A stretch of DNA of 63,880 nt, the filler included, from a bacterium (lineage in GTDB: Bacteria > UBA9089 > CG2-30-40-21 > SBAY01): assembly GCA_040757115.1 (NCBI GenBank). It is 5 parts of 5 records of this genome, joined end to end, with 100 filler letters (N's around TTAATTAATTAA, not from the genome) between each part and the next. Parts side by side here need not be neighbours in the genome. Positions count along the whole stretch, not along the records: positions 52,710 to 63,880 come from JBFLYA010000123.1; 4 more parts are not named here. One strand, written 5' to 3'. The position numbers and the translations under genes are program-made. Below are positions 62,843-63,880 of this stretch, one piece after another. Below the pieces are notes generated by a model. That model saw only the letters and a list, made by a program, of their open reading frames with translations, was not told the DNA's origin and made no database searches. Each line of letters begins with the position of its first letter. Position 1 is the first letter of the stretch.

Positions 62843-63499
62843 GACTAAAGTAAATATTTTATCCACTTCTTCTAAACTATTTACGACCAAATCGGCACAA
62901 GAGAAATCCAGTCCTTGAGTAAACTGGTTTGGAACAGCGATACATTTCATTTTAGCCGCTTTTGCTGACATTACACCTGTTAGTGCATCTTCTAACACCA
63001 GGCACTCTTGCGGACTAATGTTTAATTTTTCTGCGGCTAATAAGTAAATATCAGGATTTGGCTTACCGTATTTGACCTCTTCTCCAGAAACAATTACTTC
63101 AAACTGCTCAACGATGCCTAATTTATTAACAATCAATTCAATAAATCGTCTTTTGGAAGATGAGGCAATGGCTTTCCTTATTCCGATTTCATTTAATAGA
63201 TGAAGGAGCTTAAAAAATCCAGGCATAGGTTTTATATTTTGTGCCAGAAGTCTTGTATAAATCTCTTCTCGCTCTTCTAAAAGCTTTATTGCTGGTTCCT
63301 CCAATTCAAGTTCTTCTTTGAATATCGTTAAACTTTCAATCGGGAGTCTTCCCATCAATTTTTGTTTAAGCGGTAGGGTAAAGCATTTACCTCTTTTTGC
63401 GGCTACCTGTTTCATTGCCTCAGAATATAAAGGCTCGGTATCAACCATTAGCCCATCCATATCAAAAATAACGGCTTTAATGGAGTAGTTTCTTTTCAT
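62810..63499 (-). CDS. HAD-family phosphatase (CbbY/beta-PGM-like)
   Basis: IFDMDG..VDTE, ASSS, GKPNPDIY, LEDA..GV; C-terminus derived from the family B element. Confidence 0.88.
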   Translation of the reverse strand: MKRNYSIKAVIFDMDGLMVDTEPLYSEAMKQVAAKRGKCFTLPLKQKLMGRLPIESLTIFKEELELEEPAIKLLEEREEIYTRLLAQNIKPMPGFFKLLHLLNEIGIRKAIASSSKRRFIELIVNKLGIVEQFEVIVSGEEVKYGKPNPDIYLLAAEKLNISPQECLVLEDALTGVMSAKAAKMKCIAVPNQFTQGLDFSCADLVVNSLEEVDKIFTLVVTIQPLINTD

Positions 63500-63528
63500 T
63501 AGTTTCCCTGTCTAAAGTTTCACCATTT

Positions 63529-63880
63529 GTAAGCGTTCAGCCACAGAGGCACAGAGTTCACAGAGAATTAAGGAAATTAACCACAAATGCACACGAATTA
63601 ACCTCTGACATCCCATAAATGTAGTGCGAACCTTATTGCTTTTTCATAAATAGGTTCCTCTTTTGGGGAGAGCGATAGCAAGAAGAACTTTAATGTAAAT
63701 ATCAAAATGCAAATATCAAAATTACAATGCAAAATGCAAAAATACTTGTAAATTAACAAAGTAGCTGGAGAATATTTTGATTTTTGATTTGTAATTTTAC
63801 ATTTTGATGTTTGATTTTTAATTTATTTTATGGTATTCCAGAAAAGTGGAAGTTAATTTTGCAAAAACCATTAGGTTCGC
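63529..63880. mobile_element. Family D element (runs off window) with a degenerate family E insert in its central palindrome
   Basis: Matches 33684 up to GCGAACC; insert ends TTTTGCAAAAACC before TAGGTTCGC. Confidence 0.8.

Noticed and set aside
1-63880. tRNA or rRNA genes
   Set aside because: No cloverleaf/T-loop consensus or rRNA-like sequence recognised by eye; a tRNAscan-SE/Infernal run would be needed to exclude them formally

Overview
Low-GC bacterial draft genome, probably a MAG; taxonomy cannot be assigned from this window. It consists of five contigs joined by artificial N...TTAATTAATTAA...N linkers plus one plain 100-N gap, so gene order across 13362, 26822, 39774 and 52610 is not biological. 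Coding content is mostly housekeeping: dnaX-ybaB-recR-dapA, guaB3, nucleotide-sugar enzymes, argC, cooC, gspE/pilB, larC, leuCD, rimP-nusA-infB-rbfA-nrnA and birA. Accessory content includes hicAB, a DDE IS that truncates livG, an orphan 3-repeat CRISPR, a triplicated small membrane-protein gene, and a candidate defence locus (AlbA_2/Schlafen-HATPase gene next to a nucleotide-cyclase-NACHT-HEAT NLR with near-identical 93-bp repeats). The most striking feature is non-coding. Most larger intergenic spaces hold nested, non-autonomous palindromic elements. About 20 share a 12-bp terminal inverted repeat (GTAAcCgTTCAG...CTGAAcGgTTAC), and 12 of them have an 8-bp target-site duplication. Their interiors are unrelated, interchangeable hairpins built from 7-10-bp tandem repeats, and several carry remnants of GxxExxY or four-helix-bundle genes. 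A separate ~52-bp junction with a covarying hairpin (ATTTTCAGGAGAA...ATGAAAAT) separates payloads in a cassette-like way and supplies ribosome-binding sites.
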